DNA of 64,000 nt from Methanocaldococcus sp. 16A (GCA_049860595.1 CP187551.1); one strand, 5' to 3'. Positions 44,270 through 55,825 are shown, counted from the first letter of the stretch. Notes: generated by a model from the sequence alone, not told the origin. Numbers and translations are program-made.

Positions 44270-46939
44270 ATGGAGAGATACGAAATTCCTAAAGAGATTG
44301 GAGAAATAATGTTTGGTTTGTTGTCTCCAGATTACATAAGGCAGATGTCAGTTGCTAAAATAGTTACACCAGATACCTATGATGAAGATGGTTATCCAAT
44401 AGATGGAGGTTTAATGGATACAAGGTTGGGAGTTATAGACCCAGGTTTAGTTTGTAAAACATGTGGTGGAAGAATTGGAGAATGTCCAGGGCATTTTGGG
44501 CATATAGAGTTGGCTAAGCCTGTTATACATATAGGATTTGCCAAAACAATATATAAGATATTGAAAGCTGTTTGTCCACACTGTGGAAGAGTAGCAATAA
44601 GTGAGACTAAAAGAAGAGAGATTTTAGAAAAGATGGAAAAATTGGAGAGAGATGGTGGAAATAAGTGGGAAGTTTGTGAAGAAGTTTATAAAGAAGCCTC
44701 AAAAGTTACAATCTGCCCACATTGTGGAGAGATAAAGTATGATATAAAATATGAAAAACCAACAACATACTATAGAGTAGATGGAAATGAAGAAAAAACA
44801 CTAACTCCATCAGATGTTAGGGAAATTTTAGAGAAGATTCCTGATGAAGATTGTATCTTGTTAGGTCTAAATCCAGAAGTTGCGAGACCTGAGTGGATGG
44901 TTCTTACTGTTCTGCCAGTGCCACCAGTAACTGTAAGACCTTCAATTACCTTAGAGACAGGAGAAAGAAGTGAAGATGACTTAACACACAAATTGGTTGA
45001 TATAATTAGAATTAATAATAGATTAGAGGAGAATATAGAAGGAGGAGCTCCAAATTTAATTATTGAAGATTTATGGAATCTCTTGCAATACCATGTTAAT
45101 ACATACTTCGATAACGAAGCTCCAGGAATTCCACCAGCTAAGCATAGAAGTGGAAGACCATTAAAAACATTGGCTCAGAGGTTGAAAGGTAAAGAGGGAA
45201 GATTTAGATACAACTTAGCTGGTAAAAGAGTTAACTTCTCATCAAGAACAGTAATTTCTCCAGACCCATGCTTAAGTATTAATGAGGTTGGAGTTCCTGA
45301 GATTGTGGCTAAGGAGTTAACAGTTCCAGAAAAAGTAACAAAATACAACATTGATAGAATTAGGAAGTTATTAAAGAATGGTCCTAATAAGCATCCAGGA
45401 GTTAATTACGTTATAAGAAAGATGATTGGTAGAGATGGTACAGAGCAAGAATATAAGGTTAAGATAACTGAAAGCAATAAAGATTTTTGGGCAGAAAATA
45501 TAAGAGAAGGAGATATAGTTGAGAGACACTTAATGGATGGAGATATTGTTTTATACAACAGACAGCCATCATTACACAGAATGTCTATTATGGCACATAG
45601 AGTTAAAGTTCTTCCATATAGAACATTTAGACACAATTTATGTGTCTGTCCACCATATAACGCTGACTTCGATGGAGATGAAATGAACTTACATGTCCCA
45701 CAATCAGAAGAGGCAAGAGCAGAGGCAGAGGCTTTAATGCTTGTAGAAAAACATATCCTCTCTCCAAGATTTGGAGGGCCTATTATTGGGGCTATACATG
45801 ACTTCATCTCAGGAGCCTATCTTTTAACATCAGAATACTTCACAAAAGACGAAGCTACTTTAATTTTAAGAAGTGGAGGAATTAAAGATGAATTATGGGA
45901 GCCAGATAAAGTAGAGAATGGTATTCCATTATATTCTGGTAAGAAGATATTCAGTAAAGCTTTACCAAAAGGATTGAATTTGAGATATAAAGCAAAGATT
46001 TGTAGAAAGTGTGATGAGTGTAAGAAAGAGGATTGTGAATATGATGCTTATGTTGTAATAAAAGATGGAGAGTTGATTAAAGGAGTTATTGATAAAAACG
46101 GTTATGGGGCAGAGGCAGGTTTAATCTTACATACAATAGTTAAGGAGTTTGGTCCTGAAGCAGGTAGAAGATTCCTTGACTCAGCTACTAAAATGGCAAT
46201 AAGGGCAGTGATGTTAAGAGGATTTACAACAGGTATTGACGATGAAGATTTACCAGAAGAAGCATTAAAAGAGATAGAAAAAGTTTTAGATGAAGCAGAA
46301 GAGAAGGTTAAAGAAATTATTGAAAAATATGAAAGAGGAGAACTCGAATTGCTTCCAGGTTTAGACTTGGAGGAGTCAAGGGAGGCATATATAAACAATG
46401 TTTTGAGAGAGGCGAGAGATAAAGCTGGGGCAATTGCTGAGAGATACTTAGGTTTAGATAACCATGCAGTTATCATGGCAGTTACTGGTGCAAGAGGTAA
46501 TATATTAAACTTAACACAGATGGCAGCATGTTTAGGGCAGCAGTCTGTTAGAGGTAGAAGAATCTTTAGAGGTTATAGAGGTAGAGTATTGCCTCACTTT
46601 GAGAAGGGAAGCTTAGATGCAAAATCTCACGGGTTCGTTAGAAGTAGTTATAAGAGAGGTTTAAGTCCAACAGAATTCTTCTTCCACGCTATGGGAGGTA
46701 GGGAAGGTTTAGTTGACCAGGCAGTTAGAACAGCTCAGTCTGGTTACATGCAGAGAAGATTGATTAACGCTTTACAAGATTTAAAAACAGAATTTGATGG
46801 AACAGTTAGAGATTCAAGAGGAATTATGATTCAGTTTAGGTATGGAGAAGATGGAGTAGACCCAATGCTTGCTGATAGAGGAAAGGCGGTAAATATTGAT
46901 AGAATAATTGACAAGGTTAAGATGAAATACAAGAAATAA
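44270..46939 (+). CDS. rpoA1: RNA polymerase subunit A' (Rpo1N), intein-free
   Basis: NADFDGD catalytic motif; CPGHFGH. Confidence 0.97.
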   Translation: MERYEIPKEIGEIMFGLLSPDYIRQMSVAKIVTPDTYDEDGYPIDGGLMDTRLGVIDPGLVCKTCGGRIGECPGHFGHIELAKPVIHIGFAKTIYKILKAVCPHCGRVAISETKRREILEKMEKLERDGGNKWEVCEEVYKEASKVTICPHCGEIKYDIKYEKPTTYYRVDGNEEKTLTPSDVREILEKIPDEDCILLGLNPEVARPEWMVLTVLPVPPVTVRPSITLETGERSEDDLTHKLVDIIRINNRLEENIEGGAPNLIIEDLWNLLQYHVNTYFDNEAPGIPPAKHRSGRPLKTLAQRLKGKEGRFRYNLAGKRVNFSSRTVISPDPCLSINEVGVPEIVAKELTVPEKVTKYNIDRIRKLLKNGPNKHPGVNYVIRKMIGRDGTEQEYKVKITESNKDFWAENIREGDIVERHLMDGDIVLYNRQPSLHRMSIMAHRVKVLPYRTFRHNLCVCPPYNADFDGDEMNLHVPQSEEARAEAEALMLVEKHILSPRFGGPIIGAIHDFISGAYLLTSEYFTKDEATLILRSGGIKDELWEPDKVENGIPLYSGKKIFSKALPKGLNLRYKAKICRKCDECKKEDCEYDAYVVIKDGELIKGVIDKNGYGAEAGLILHTIVKEFGPEAGRRFLDSATKMAIRAVMLRGFTTGIDDEDLPEEALKEIEKVLDEAEEKVKEIIEKYERGELELLPGLDLEESREAYINNVLREARDKAGAIAERYLGLDNHAVIMAVTGARGNILNLTQMAACLGQQSVRGRRIFRGYRGRVLPHFEKGSLDAKSHGFVRSSYKRGLSPTEFFFHAMGGREGLVDQAVRTAQSGYMQRRLINALQDLKTEFDGTVRDSRGIMIQFRYGEDGVDPMLADRGKAVNIDRIIDKVKMKYKK

Positions 46940-46999
46940 TTTCTGCTTTATAAATATAGCTTTGCACAATATAAATTTTCATTTTTAGGGTGAGAATAT

Positions 47000-49558
47000 A
47001 TGGATATGGAAGCATTAAAACAAAAAATTGAAGGTTTGAATTTACCACAATCATTAAAGGATGAGTTATTTGAAAAATTATCTAAGGAGAAAGATTTAAC
47101 AGATGAAATGGTTGATGAGATTATTGATGAAGTTGTTAAAGCTTATGAAAAGGCTTTAGTTGAACCTTATGAAGCTGTTGGAATTGTTGCGGCTCAATCC
47201 ATTGGGGAGCCTGGTACTCAGATGTCTCTGCCTTATGAAGAGAAGATTATAATCAAAGAAGGAGAGTTTATAAAATCTATTGAGATTGGGAAATTAGTTG
47301 ATGAGATGATTGAAAAATATGGATTTGAAAAAGTTGGAGAAAGTGAGGTTTGTGATTTGCCTATTGATATCTATGCCCTAAGCTTAGACCAAGATGAAAA
47401 AGTCCACTGGAAGAGAATAATAAGTTGTATTAGGCATAAACACAATGGAAAATTGATTAAAATAAAAACAAAATCAGGTAGAGAGATTACTGCTACACCT
47501 TACCACTCATTTGTTATAAGAAAAGATAATAAAATAATTCCAGTTAAAGGTTCAGACTTAAAAATAGGGGATAGAATTCCAGTAGTAAAGCATATTCCAG
47601 CAAACTGTGTTGAGGCAATAAATATCTCTGACTATGTTTTTAGCAATACAATAACTGAGATTAACAAAAACGAAGAATCTATTCCAAACAACATAAAATT
47701 AGATTATGACTTTGGATATTTCATTGGAATTTATTTGGCAGAAGGTTCATTAACTAAAGACTTTGTTTCAATCCCAAATGTTGATGAAAATGTTTTAAAT
47801 AACATTAAGATATTTGCTGATAAATTTGGCTTAAACTATGAAAAATACAGTAGTAATAATGGATTTGCGGAAAGTTATGATATTAGAGTTTATTCATCAA
47901 CATTGACAGAATTCTTATCAAACTTTGGAATATCATCAAAAACAAAAAAAGTTGCTGACTTTGTATTTGGAGCAAATAAAGAGTTCGTTAGAGGATTGCT
48001 TAGAGGATACTTTGATGGAAATGGAAATGTAAATGCAAAGAGAAAAATTATAACTATTAGTTCAAATTCAAAAGAGTTAATTGATGGAATAGCTTTATTG
48101 TTGGCAAGATTCAACATTTTTACTATAAAAACAAAAATAAAGGGGCAATATGCATTAATAATTCCACATAGATATATAAAGATATTCTATGAAGAAATTA
48201 ACTTCTCAGTTGAAAAGAAAAAAGTTGAATTAGATAAGCTTGTGAATATTCTAAACGATAAAAAAACCTACGACTCAATTGACATGATACCTTCAATTGG
48301 AGATGCATTAACTAAGTTAGGGGAGAAAGTTGGATATCCAAAGATAATTTTAAAGAAATATGAAAGAAAGCAAAAAATAAGGAGAGCTACATTACAAAGA
48401 CACTTAAGAAGAATAGAAGAATTAGCAGCTAAGAGAGGAATAAATGTTCTAACATTAGAAGAGTATTGGTTATTGAAAAAGGCAGTTGAAAGCGATATAG
48501 TTTGGGATGAAATTGTAGAAATTGAAGAGATAAATTATGATAAAGAATATGTTTATGATATAAGTGTTGAGGGATTGGAAACATTTACAACATTTGATGG
48601 GGTTTTAACTCACAACACAATGAGAACATTCCACTATGCAGGGGTTGCGGAGATTAACGTTACCTTAGGTTTGCCAAGGATGATTGAGATAGTAGATGCT
48701 AGAAAAGAGCCATCAACACCTATCATGACTATCTATTTGAAAGAAGGATATAAAGATAACAGAGAAAAAGCTGAAGAGATAGCAAAAGAGATAGAAAGCT
48801 TAACCTTGGGAAGTATAGCTGAGAGTATTAGTATTGATTTATGGACTCAATCTATAAAAGTTGAATTAGATGAAAATAGATTAGCTGATAGAGGATTAAC
48901 AATAGACGATGTTGTTGAGGCAATTAAGAAAAAATTAAAGGTAAAGATTGATGTTGAAGGAAGTGTATTGTATTTAAAAATAAAGACTCCATCAATAAAA
49001 GCTCTTAGAAAGAGAATTCCAAAAATCAAAAATATTCAGTTAAAAGGAATTCCAGGAATTGAGAGGGTTTTAGTTAAAAAAGAAGGGGATGAATACGTTT
49101 TATATACTCAGGGTTCAAACTTAAGGGAAGTATTTAAGATTGAAGGAGTTGACACAACAAGAACTACAACAAATAACATTATTGAAATACAGGAAGTTTT
49201 GGGTATTGAAGCGGCAAGAAACGCTATAATTAATGAGATGAGAAATACTTTAGAACAACAGGGGTTAGAAGTTGATATAAGGCATTTGATGTTAGTAGCG
49301 GATATGATGACAGCTGATGGAGAAGTTAAGCCAATAGGTAGGCATGGAGTTGCTGGAGAGAAAGGTTCTGTCTTAGCAAGAGCGGCTTTCGAAGAAACTG
49401 TTAAGCATCTATATGCTGCTGCAGAGAGAGGGGATATTGATAAATTAAAAGGAGTTATAGAAAATGTTATTGTTGGAAAACCTATATATCTTGGAACTGG
49501 ATGTGTTGAATTAATAATAGATAGGGAGTATGAGGAAGGTAAAAATGAGAAAGAGTAA
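47000..49558 (+). CDS. rpoA2: RNA polymerase subunit A'' (Rpo1C), intein-containing
   Basis: GEPGTQM | intein | TMRTFH; RAAFEET motif. Confidence 0.96.
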   Translation: MDMEALKQKIEGLNLPQSLKDELFEKLSKEKDLTDEMVDEIIDEVVKAYEKALVEPYEAVGIVAAQSIGEPGTQMSLPYEEKIIIKEGEFIKSIEIGKLVDEMIEKYGFEKVGESEVCDLPIDIYALSLDQDEKVHWKRIISCIRHKHNGKLIKIKTKSGREITATPYHSFVIRKDNKIIPVKGSDLKIGDRIPVVKHIPANCVEAINISDYVFSNTITEINKNEESIPNNIKLDYDFGYFIGIYLAEGSLTKDFVSIPNVDENVLNNIKIFADKFGLNYEKYSSNNGFAESYDIRVYSSTLTEFLSNFGISSKTKKVADFVFGANKEFVRGLLRGYFDGNGNVNAKRKIITISSNSKELIDGIALLLARFNIFTIKTKIKGQYALIIPHRYIKIFYEEINFSVEKKKVELDKLVNILNDKKTYDSIDMIPSIGDALTKLGEKVGYPKIILKKYERKQKIRRATLQRHLRRIEELAAKRGINVLTLEEYWLLKKAVESDIVWDEIVEIEEINYDKEYVYDISVEGLETFTTFDGVLTHNTMRTFHYAGVAEINVTLGLPRMIEIVDARKEPSTPIMTIYLKEGYKDNREKAEEIAKEIESLTLGSIAESISIDLWTQSIKVELDENRLADRGLTIDDVVEAIKKKLKVKIDVEGSVLYLKIKTPSIKALRKRIPKIKNIQLKGIPGIERVLVKKEGDEYVLYTQGSNLREVFKIEGVDTTRTTTNNIIEIQEVLGIEAARNAIINEMRNTLEQQGLEVDIRHLMLVADMMTADGEVKPIGRHGVAGEKGSVLARAAFEETVKHLYAAAERGDIDKLKGVIENVIVGKPIYLGTGCVELIIDREYEEGKNEKE
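47225..48616 (+). mobile_element. 464-aa intein with LAGLIDADG domain in the RpoA'' trigger loop
   Basis: Starts with Ser (SLPYEE), block B TPYH, blocks C/E IGIYLAEG and LRGYFDGNG, ends VYDISV...THN/T. Confidence 0.95.
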
Positions 49559-49618
49559 AGTTTTTATATCAAAATTCACTTTTACATTAACATCATAAAT
49601 AACTACTATTTTATATTT

Positions 49619-49675
49619 GGGATGATGATACATCGATGTACTGAATAATGATGATGAACGCGCCCTTCTCTGACC
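49619..49675 (+). ncRNA. Archaeal C/D-box methylation guide sRNA
   Basis: C ATGATGA 49622-28; 12-nt guide; D' CTGA 49641-44; C' ATGATGA 49651-57; 12-nt guide; D CTGA 49670-73; GG/CC terminal stem. Confidence 0.92.
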
Positions 49676-49727
49676 TTTAAAAAATTTAAACAAAAATTGA
49701 TTTAATTTTTTAATGTTTTTATCCTAT

Positions 49728-49743
49728 CCAAAAAGTATATAAA
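49728..49743 (+). promoter_or_regulatory. BRE-TATA promoter of the rpl30e-nusA-str operon
   Basis: CCAAAAAG-TATATAAA. Confidence 0.6.
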
Positions 49744-49789
49744 TATAGAAGAACTATTATCGAAAACCAATATTCTTACCGGTAGGGAG

Positions 49790-49888
49790 TTAGGACTTTC
49801 GCAGGAGTAAATGTTTTATAATAAATATTGACGACTTCTGAAGGTTTAAGTTTTGAGGTTAAAATATATCTGCCTGCGAAAGTCCTAA
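49790..49888. mobile_element. Family A MITE-like element in the rpl30e leader
   Basis: Perfect 16-bp TIR TTAGGACTTTCGCAGG/CCTGCGAAAGTCCTAA. Confidence 0.88.
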
Positions 49889-49927
49889 GAAATCCCTCCG
49901 GAGTAAAAAATGAGAAGGAGGGAAAGT

Positions 49928-50242
49928 ATGGATGTGAATAAAGCAATTAGAACTGCAGTAGATACAGGTAAAGTAATTTTAGGTTCAAAAAGAACAATAA
50001 AATTCATTAAACACGGAGAAGGTAAGTTGGTAGTAATAGCAGGAAACATTCCAAAGGATTTAGAAGAAGATGTTAAGTACTACGCTAAATTATCAAACAT
50101 CCCAGTTTACCAACACAAAATTACATCATTGGAACTGGGAGCAGTTTGTGGGAAACCTTTCCCAGTTGCTGCTCTTTTGGTTTTAGATGAAGGGCTCTCA
50201 AACATTATGGAGCTTGTAGAGAAGAAGGAAGGTGGTGAATAA
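49928..50242 (+). CDS. rpl30e: 50S ribosomal protein L30e
   Basis: [18 protein letters not shown] motifs; the ORF is open from 49910. Confidence 0.96.
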   Translation: MDVNKAIRTAVDTGKVILGSKRTIKFIKHGEGKLVVIAGNIPKDLEEDVKYYAKLSNIPVYQHKITSLELGAVCGKPFPVAALLVLDEGLSNIMELVEKKEGGE

Positions 50243-50805
50243 TGGCTAAGGTAAGATTAACAACAGAAGAAATTATGAAAATTGGATTTTTTGAAAAAAT
50301 TGCTAATGTTCCCATAATCGACTGTGTATTAAATGATGAAAGAGTTGCTTTTATTGTAAAGGAGGGTGATATTGGAGCGGCAATTGGGAAAGGAGGAGAG
50401 AATGTTAAAACAGCAGAAGAGAAATTTGGAAAGAAAGTTGATATCATTGAATATTCAGACGATTGGAGAAAGTTTATAAGAAATATATTTGCACCAATAC
50501 AGTTAGAGGATGTATGGGTTAAGAGAGTAGGAAAGGATGTTGTTGCTTTTATCAAAATAAATCCAAAAGTCAGAAGAGCGGTTTTTGGGGAAAAAGGTAA
50601 AAACTTAGAAAGAGCTTTAAAGATTTTAAAAAGACACACAAAAATTACAAAAATAAAAGTTATTGTAGAAAATCAAAAATTTAAAAGAAAAGGTGCAAGA
50701 AAACCAGTAACTAAAGAGCAGCAGCAAGAACAAGCTGAAAAAGAATCAAAGGTTGCTCAAGAAGCTGAAGCTCAACCTGAAGTAAAAGAAATCACTAATG
50801 AGTAA
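50242..50805 (+). CDS. nusA: Archaeal NusA
   Basis: KH domains (AIGKGGENV, IIEYS); conserved operon position. Confidence 0.94.
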   Translation: MAKVRLTTEEIMKIGFFEKIANVPIIDCVLNDERVAFIVKEGDIGAAIGKGGENVKTAEEKFGKKVDIIEYSDDWRKFIRNIFAPIQLEDVWVKRVGKDVVAFIKINPKVRRAVFGEKGKNLERALKILKRHTKITKIKVIVENQKFKRKGARKPVTKEQQQEQAEKESKVAQEAEAQPEVKEITNE

Positions 50806-50903
50806 AAATATTTATATGTATATGCTGTTTGAAATTATTATGGCAATTGAATGCAATTAATCATAACTCATAATAATAATCAAGAATATAGAAGGTGAAG
50901 ATT

Positions 50904-51350
50904 ATGAGTGGAAGTAAATCACCAAGAGGAGAATTTGCTGGAAGAAAGTTGAGGTTAAAAAGAAAATGGTGTAGATGGCACGATTACAACTATGTTAGAA
51001 GAGTTTTGAAATTAAAAGAGAAGTATGACCCATTAGAAGGAGCTCCTATGGCAAGAGGTATAGTTATTGAAAAAGTAGGTTTAGAGGCAAAACAGCCAAA
51101 CTCAGCTATCAGAAAGTGTGTTAGAGTTCAGTTAATTAAAAATGGTAGAGTAGTTACAGCATTCTGTCCAGGAAACCACGCTATAAACTTCATTGATGAG
51201 CACGATGAAGTTATTATTGAAGGTATTGGGGGGCCTAAAGGGCCAAGAGCTAAGGGGGACATTCCAGGAGTTAAGTATAAGGTTATAATGGTTGGTAAAA
51301 ACTCATTGAGAGAATTAGTTAGAGGAAGACAAGAGAAAATCAAAAGATAA
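50904..51350 (+). CDS. rps12: 30S ribosomal protein S12
   Basis: [15 protein letters not shown] motifs. Confidence 0.97.
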   Translation: MSGSKSPRGEFAGRKLRLKRKWCRWHDYNYVRRVLKLKEKYDPLEGAPMARGIVIEKVGLEAKQPNSAIRKCVRVQLIKNGRVVTAFCPGNHAINFIDEHDEVIIEGIGGPKGPRAKGDIPGVKYKVIMVGKNSLRELVRGRQEKIKR

Positions 51351-51407
51351 ATTACCTATACTAACATTTATTAAAATTTTTGAAAGAGTTAAGAATGAGG
51401 TGGTAAT

Positions 51408-51983
51408 TTGGAACTCGATGAAATTAAGATATTTGGAAGATGGAGTACAAAGGATGTTGTTGTTAGAGACCCAGGTTTAAGAAATTATATAAACTTAACA
51501 CCAATTTACGTTCCACATACAGCAGGAAGATACACAAAGAGACAGTTTGAAAAAGCAAAAATGAACATTGTTGAGAGATTAGTAAATAAAGTTATGAGAA
51601 GAGAAGAAAACACCGGTAAAAAATTAAAGGCATTAAAAATAGTTGAAAACGCTTTTGAAATTATTGAAAAAAGAACTAAGCAAAATCCAATTCAGGTTTT
51701 AGTAGATGCAATTGAAAACGCTGGACCAAGAGAGGATACAACAAGAATTTCCTATGGAGGAATTGTCTATTTACAATCAGTTGATTGTTCATCATTAAGA
51801 AGAATTGATGTTGCTTTAAGAAACATTGCTATTGGAGCTTACATGGCTGCTCACAAGAGTAAAAAGCCAATTGAAGAAGCATTAGCTGAAGAGATTATTG
51901 CAGCTGCAAGAGGAGATATGCAGAAAAGCTATGCTGTCAGAAAGAAAGAAGAGACCGAAAGAGTTGCTCAGTCAGCAAGATAA
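51408..51983 (+). CDS. rps7: 30S ribosomal protein S7
   Basis: [20 protein letters not shown] motifs. Confidence 0.97.
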   Translation: MELDEIKIFGRWSTKDVVVRDPGLRNYINLTPIYVPHTAGRYTKRQFEKAKMNIVERLVNKVMRREENTGKKLKALKIVENAFEIIEKRTKQNPIQVLVDAIENAGPREDTTRISYGGIVYLQSVDCSSLRRIDVALRNIAIGAYMAAHKSKKPIEEALAEEIIAAARGDMQKSYAVRKKEETERVAQSAR

Positions 51984-52084
51984 ACTTTTTATACTCACAT
52001 AACCTCTATTTTTATACGTGACGTTAATATTTGTTGATAAAATATGCACATAATATGAACAACATTATGTAGAAGGTGGAGGAT

Positions 52085-54265
52085 ATGGGAAAAAGAGCAA
52101 AGATGATTGCTAAAATTAAGGAATTGATGGAAAAGTATGATAGAATAAGAAATATTGGAATATGTGCTCACATTGACCATGGAAAAACAACATTATCAGA
52201 TAACTTATTGGCTGGAGCAGGAATGATTTCAAAAGAATTAGCTGGGGAGCAGTTAGCTTTAGACTTTGATGAAGAGGAAGCTCAAAGGGGAATTACAATC
52301 TTCGCTGCAAACGTTTCAATGGTCCACACCTATGAAGGAAAAGAGTATTTAATTAACTTAATTGACACCCCTGGACACGTTGACTTTGGAGGGGACGTTA
52401 CAAGAGCTATGAGAGCTATTGATGGAGCTATAGTTGTAGTATGTGCAGTTGAAGGAGTTATGCCTCAAACAGAAACTGTCTTAAGACAGGCATTAAAAGA
52501 GAGAGTTAAGCCTGTTCTCTTCATCAACAAGGTAGATAGATTAATCAACGAGTTAAAATTAACACCTGAAGAGTTGCAAAGCAGATTTATCAAGATTATT
52601 AATGATATTAACAACTTAATTAGAAAGATGGCTCCAGAAGAATTTAAAGACAAGTGGTTGGTTAAAGTTGAAGATGGAAGTGTTGCGTTTGGTTCAGCTT
52701 ACAACAACTGGGCAATTTCAGTACCATTCATGAAGAAGAGTGGAATTACATTCAAAGATATTATAAAGTATTGTGAAGAGGATAAACAAGATGAATTAGC
52801 TGAGAAAGCTCCATTACACGAAGTTGTTTTAGATATGGTCATTAAGCACTTACCAAGCCCTCCAGAAGCTCAGAAATACAGAATTCCACACTTATGGAAA
52901 GGAGATTTGGAATCAGAAGCTGGAAAGGCTATGCTTAACTGCGACCCTAACGGACCATTGGCAGGGGTTATTACCAAAATTATTGTAGATAAACACGCTG
53001 GAGCTGTTTCTGTCTGCAGATTGTTCAGTGGTAGAATTAAGCAAGGAGACGAAGTTTATATGGTAAATAACCAGCAGAAGGCAAAGATTCAGCAAGTATC
53101 TGTCTTCATGGGTCCAGAAAGAATTCCAGTAGAAAGTATTTCAGCAGGGAACATCTGTGCATTGGTTGGTTTGAAAGAAGCTTCAGCAGGAGAAACAATT
53201 TGTTCCCCAGATAAGATAATTGAGCCATTCGAAGCAATAACACACATTAGTGAGCCTGTTATTACAGTTGCTATTGAAGCTAAGAATACAAAAGATTTAC
53301 CAAAGTTAATTGAAATTTTAAGACAAGTTGCAAGAGAAGACCCAACAGTTAGAGTAGAGATTAATGAAGAAACAGGAGAGCACTTATTAAGTGGTATGGG
53401 AGAGTTGCATATTGAAATTATAACAAAATTAAAAATAGAGAGGGATGCAGGAATTCCAGTTGAGGTAGGGCAGCCAATCGTTGTCTACAGAGAGACAGTA
53501 ACAGGACAATCACCAATGATTGAAAGTAAATCTCCAAACAAGCACAACAAGCTCTACTTCATAGTTGAACCATTAGAAGAGGGAGTTTTACAAGCATATA
53601 AAGAAGGAAAAATCCCAGATGTTGATACAAAGAGAAAATTAGATGATAAGATTGTTCAAGAATTAATTAAGGCTGGAATGGACCCAGAAGAAGCTAAGAG
53701 GGTCATGTGTATCTATGAAGGAAACGTTCTTGTTAATATGACAAGAGGTATTGTTCACTTAGATGAAGTCAAAGAATTGATTATTCAAGGGTTCAAAGAA
53801 GCTATGAGAAATGGTCCATTGGCAGCAGAGAAATGTCAGGGAGTTAAAGTCAAGTTAATGGATGCTGTCTTACACGAAGATGCAATCCACAGAGGGCCAG
53901 CACAAATGATTCCAGCAGCAAGATTTGGTATTAGAGATGCAATGATGCAAGCAAATCCAGTATTGTTAGAGCCAATGCAGTTCGTCTATATTAACACACC
54001 TCAGGACTTCATGGGAGCTGCAATGAGAGAAATTAGCAACAGAAGAGGGCAAATCTTAGATATGGAGCAAGAGGGAGATATGGCAATTATTAAAGCTAAG
54101 TGTCCTGTTGCAGAGATGTTTGGATTCGCAGGAGCTATTAGAGGAGCTACACAGGGTAGATGTCTCTGGAGTATAGAGTTTGCAGGATATGAAAGAGTTC
54201 CAAGAGAGATGCAAGAGCAATTAATTAAGCAGATTAGAGAAAGAAAAGGACTTAAATTAGAATAA
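52085..54265 (+). CDS. fusA: Translation elongation factor EF-2
   Basis: [25 protein letters not shown] (diphthamide loop). Confidence 0.98.
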   Translation: MGKRAKMIAKIKELMEKYDRIRNIGICAHIDHGKTTLSDNLLAGAGMISKELAGEQLALDFDEEEAQRGITIFAANVSMVHTYEGKEYLINLIDTPGHVDFGGDVTRAMRAIDGAIVVVCAVEGVMPQTETVLRQALKERVKPVLFINKVDRLINELKLTPEELQSRFIKIINDINNLIRKMAPEEFKDKWLVKVEDGSVAFGSAYNNWAISVPFMKKSGITFKDIIKYCEEDKQDELAEKAPLHEVVLDMVIKHLPSPPEAQKYRIPHLWKGDLESEAGKAMLNCDPNGPLAGVITKIIVDKHAGAVSVCRLFSGRIKQGDEVYMVNNQQKAKIQQVSVFMGPERIPVESISAGNICALVGLKEASAGETICSPDKIIEPFEAITHISEPVITVAIEAKNTKDLPKLIEILRQVAREDPTVRVEINEETGEHLLSGMGELHIEIITKLKIERDAGIPVEVGQPIVVYRETVTGQSPMIESKSPNKHNKLYFIVEPLEEGVLQAYKEGKIPDVDTKRKLDDKIVQELIKAGMDPEEAKRVMCIYEGNVLVNMTRGIVHLDEVKELIIQGFKEAMRNGPLAAEKCQGVKVKLMDAVLHEDAIHRGPAQMIPAARFGIRDAMMQANPVLLEPMQFVYINTPQDFMGAAMREISNRRGQILDMEQEGDMAIIKAKCPVAEMFGFAGAIRGATQGRCLWSIEFAGYERVPREMQEQLIKQIRERKGLKLE

Positions 54266-54304
54266 CTCTAAAATTATTTTTTAATTTATTTTTTGACACT
54301 ATGA

Positions 54305-54320
54305 CCAAAAGGTTTATATA
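54305..54320 (+). promoter_or_regulatory. Internal BRE-TATA promoter of tuf
   Basis: CCAAAAGG-TTTATATA, preceded by T-rich terminator-like tracts. Confidence 0.65.
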
Positions 54321-54456
54321 CCCCCTAACTAATACTTATATCACCACAAACCACAAATTGTGTATTCTAATTCTAACTTTGTTAAGTTAAACTTAACCCC
54401 ATTTTGTCAATATAATAAACAAAAATAAAAAAATAAAAGAAAATTGGTGATGAAAT

Positions 54457-55743
54457 ATGGCAAAGCAAAAACCAGTATTAAACGTAGCATTCATTGGACA
54501 CGTCGATGCAGGTAAGTCAACAACAGTCGGTAGATTGTTATACGACAGTGGTGCTATCGACCCACAGTTATTAGAAAAATTGAAAAGAGAAGCTCAAGAG
54601 AGAGGTAAGGCAGGATTCGAGTTTGCTTACGTTATGGACAACTTGAAAGAAGAGAGAGAAAGAGGGGTTACAATTGATGTAGCTCACAAGAAATTCGAAA
54701 CTCCAAAATATGAAGTTACAATCGTTGACTGTCCAGGACACAGAGACTTCATTAAAAACATGATTACAGGAGCTTCACAGGCAGATGCTGCTGTCTTAGT
54801 TGTTGATGTTAACGACGCTAAGACAGGAATTCAGCCACAAACAAGAGAGCACATGTTCTTAGCAAGAACATTAGGTATTAAGCAAATCGCAGTTGCTATC
54901 AACAAGATGGATACTGTTAACTACAGCCAAGAAGAATACGAAAAAATGAAGAAGTTATTATCAGATCAGTTATTAAAAGTTTTAGGTTACAACCCAGACC
55001 AAATTGACTTCATTCCAACAGCTTCATTGAAAGGAGACAACGTTGTTAAGAAATCAGAAAACATGCCATGGTACAAAGGTCCAACATTAGTTGAAGCATT
55101 AGACAAGTTCCAACCACCAGAAAAACCAACAAACTTACCATTGAGAATTCCAATCCAAGATGTCTATTCAATTACAGGGGTTGGAACTGTTCCAGTTGGA
55201 AGAGTCGAAACTGGTATCTTAAAACCAGGAGACAAAGTAGTCTTTGAACCTGCAGGAGTCCAAGGAGAAGTTAAATCAATCGAAATGCACCACGAACAAA
55301 TACCACAAGCAGAACCTGGAGACAACATCGGATTCAACGTTAGAGGAGTTAGTAAGAAAGACATTAAGAGAGGAGACGTCTGTGGACATCCAGACAACCC
55401 ACCAACAGTTGCTGAAGAATTCACAGCTCAAATCGTTGTCTTACAACACCCAACAGCAATTACAGTTGGTTACACACCAGTCTTCCACGCACACACAGCA
55501 CAAGTTGCATGTACATTTATAGAGTTGTTGAAGAAATTAGACCCAAGAACAGGGCAAGTTATTGAAGAAAACCCACAATTCTTAAAAACAGGAGATGCTG
55601 CTATAGTTAAAATTAAACCAACAAAACCAATGGTCATTGAAAACGTTAGAGAAATTCCACAATTAGGAAGATTCGCTATCAGAGATATGGGTATGACAAT
55701 CGCTGCTGGTATGGCAATTGATGTTAAAGCTAAGAATAAATAA
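54457..55743 (+). CDS. tuf: Translation elongation factor EF-1 alpha
   Basis: [21 protein letters not shown] motifs. Confidence 0.98.
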   Translation: MAKQKPVLNVAFIGHVDAGKSTTVGRLLYDSGAIDPQLLEKLKREAQERGKAGFEFAYVMDNLKEERERGVTIDVAHKKFETPKYEVTIVDCPGHRDFIKNMITGASQADAAVLVVDVNDAKTGIQPQTREHMFLARTLGIKQIAVAINKMDTVNYSQEEYEKMKKLLSDQLLKVLGYNPDQIDFIPTASLKGDNVVKKSENMPWYKGPTLVEALDKFQPPEKPTNLPLRIPIQDVYSITGVGTVPVGRVETGILKPGDKVVFEPAGVQGEVKSIEMHHEQIPQAEPGDNIGFNVRGVSKKDIKRGDVCGHPDNPPTVAEEFTAQIVVLQHPTAITVGYTPVFHAHTAQVACTFIELLKKLDPRTGQVIEENPQFLKTGDAAIVKIKPTKPMVIENVREIPQLGRFAIRDMGMTIAAGMAIDVKAKNK

Positions 55744-55825
55744 ATCCCATAAATTTCCTTTTAATTAATTTTTAAATCCTATTCTATATTTTTTTATATT
55801 TTTAAAGAGGTTAAGAGGGAGGAGT

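Noticed and set aside
50715-50805. Q/E-rich tail of NusA and poly-Q linker in CheA (about 11979-11996)
   Set aside because: Ordinary low-complexity linkers.
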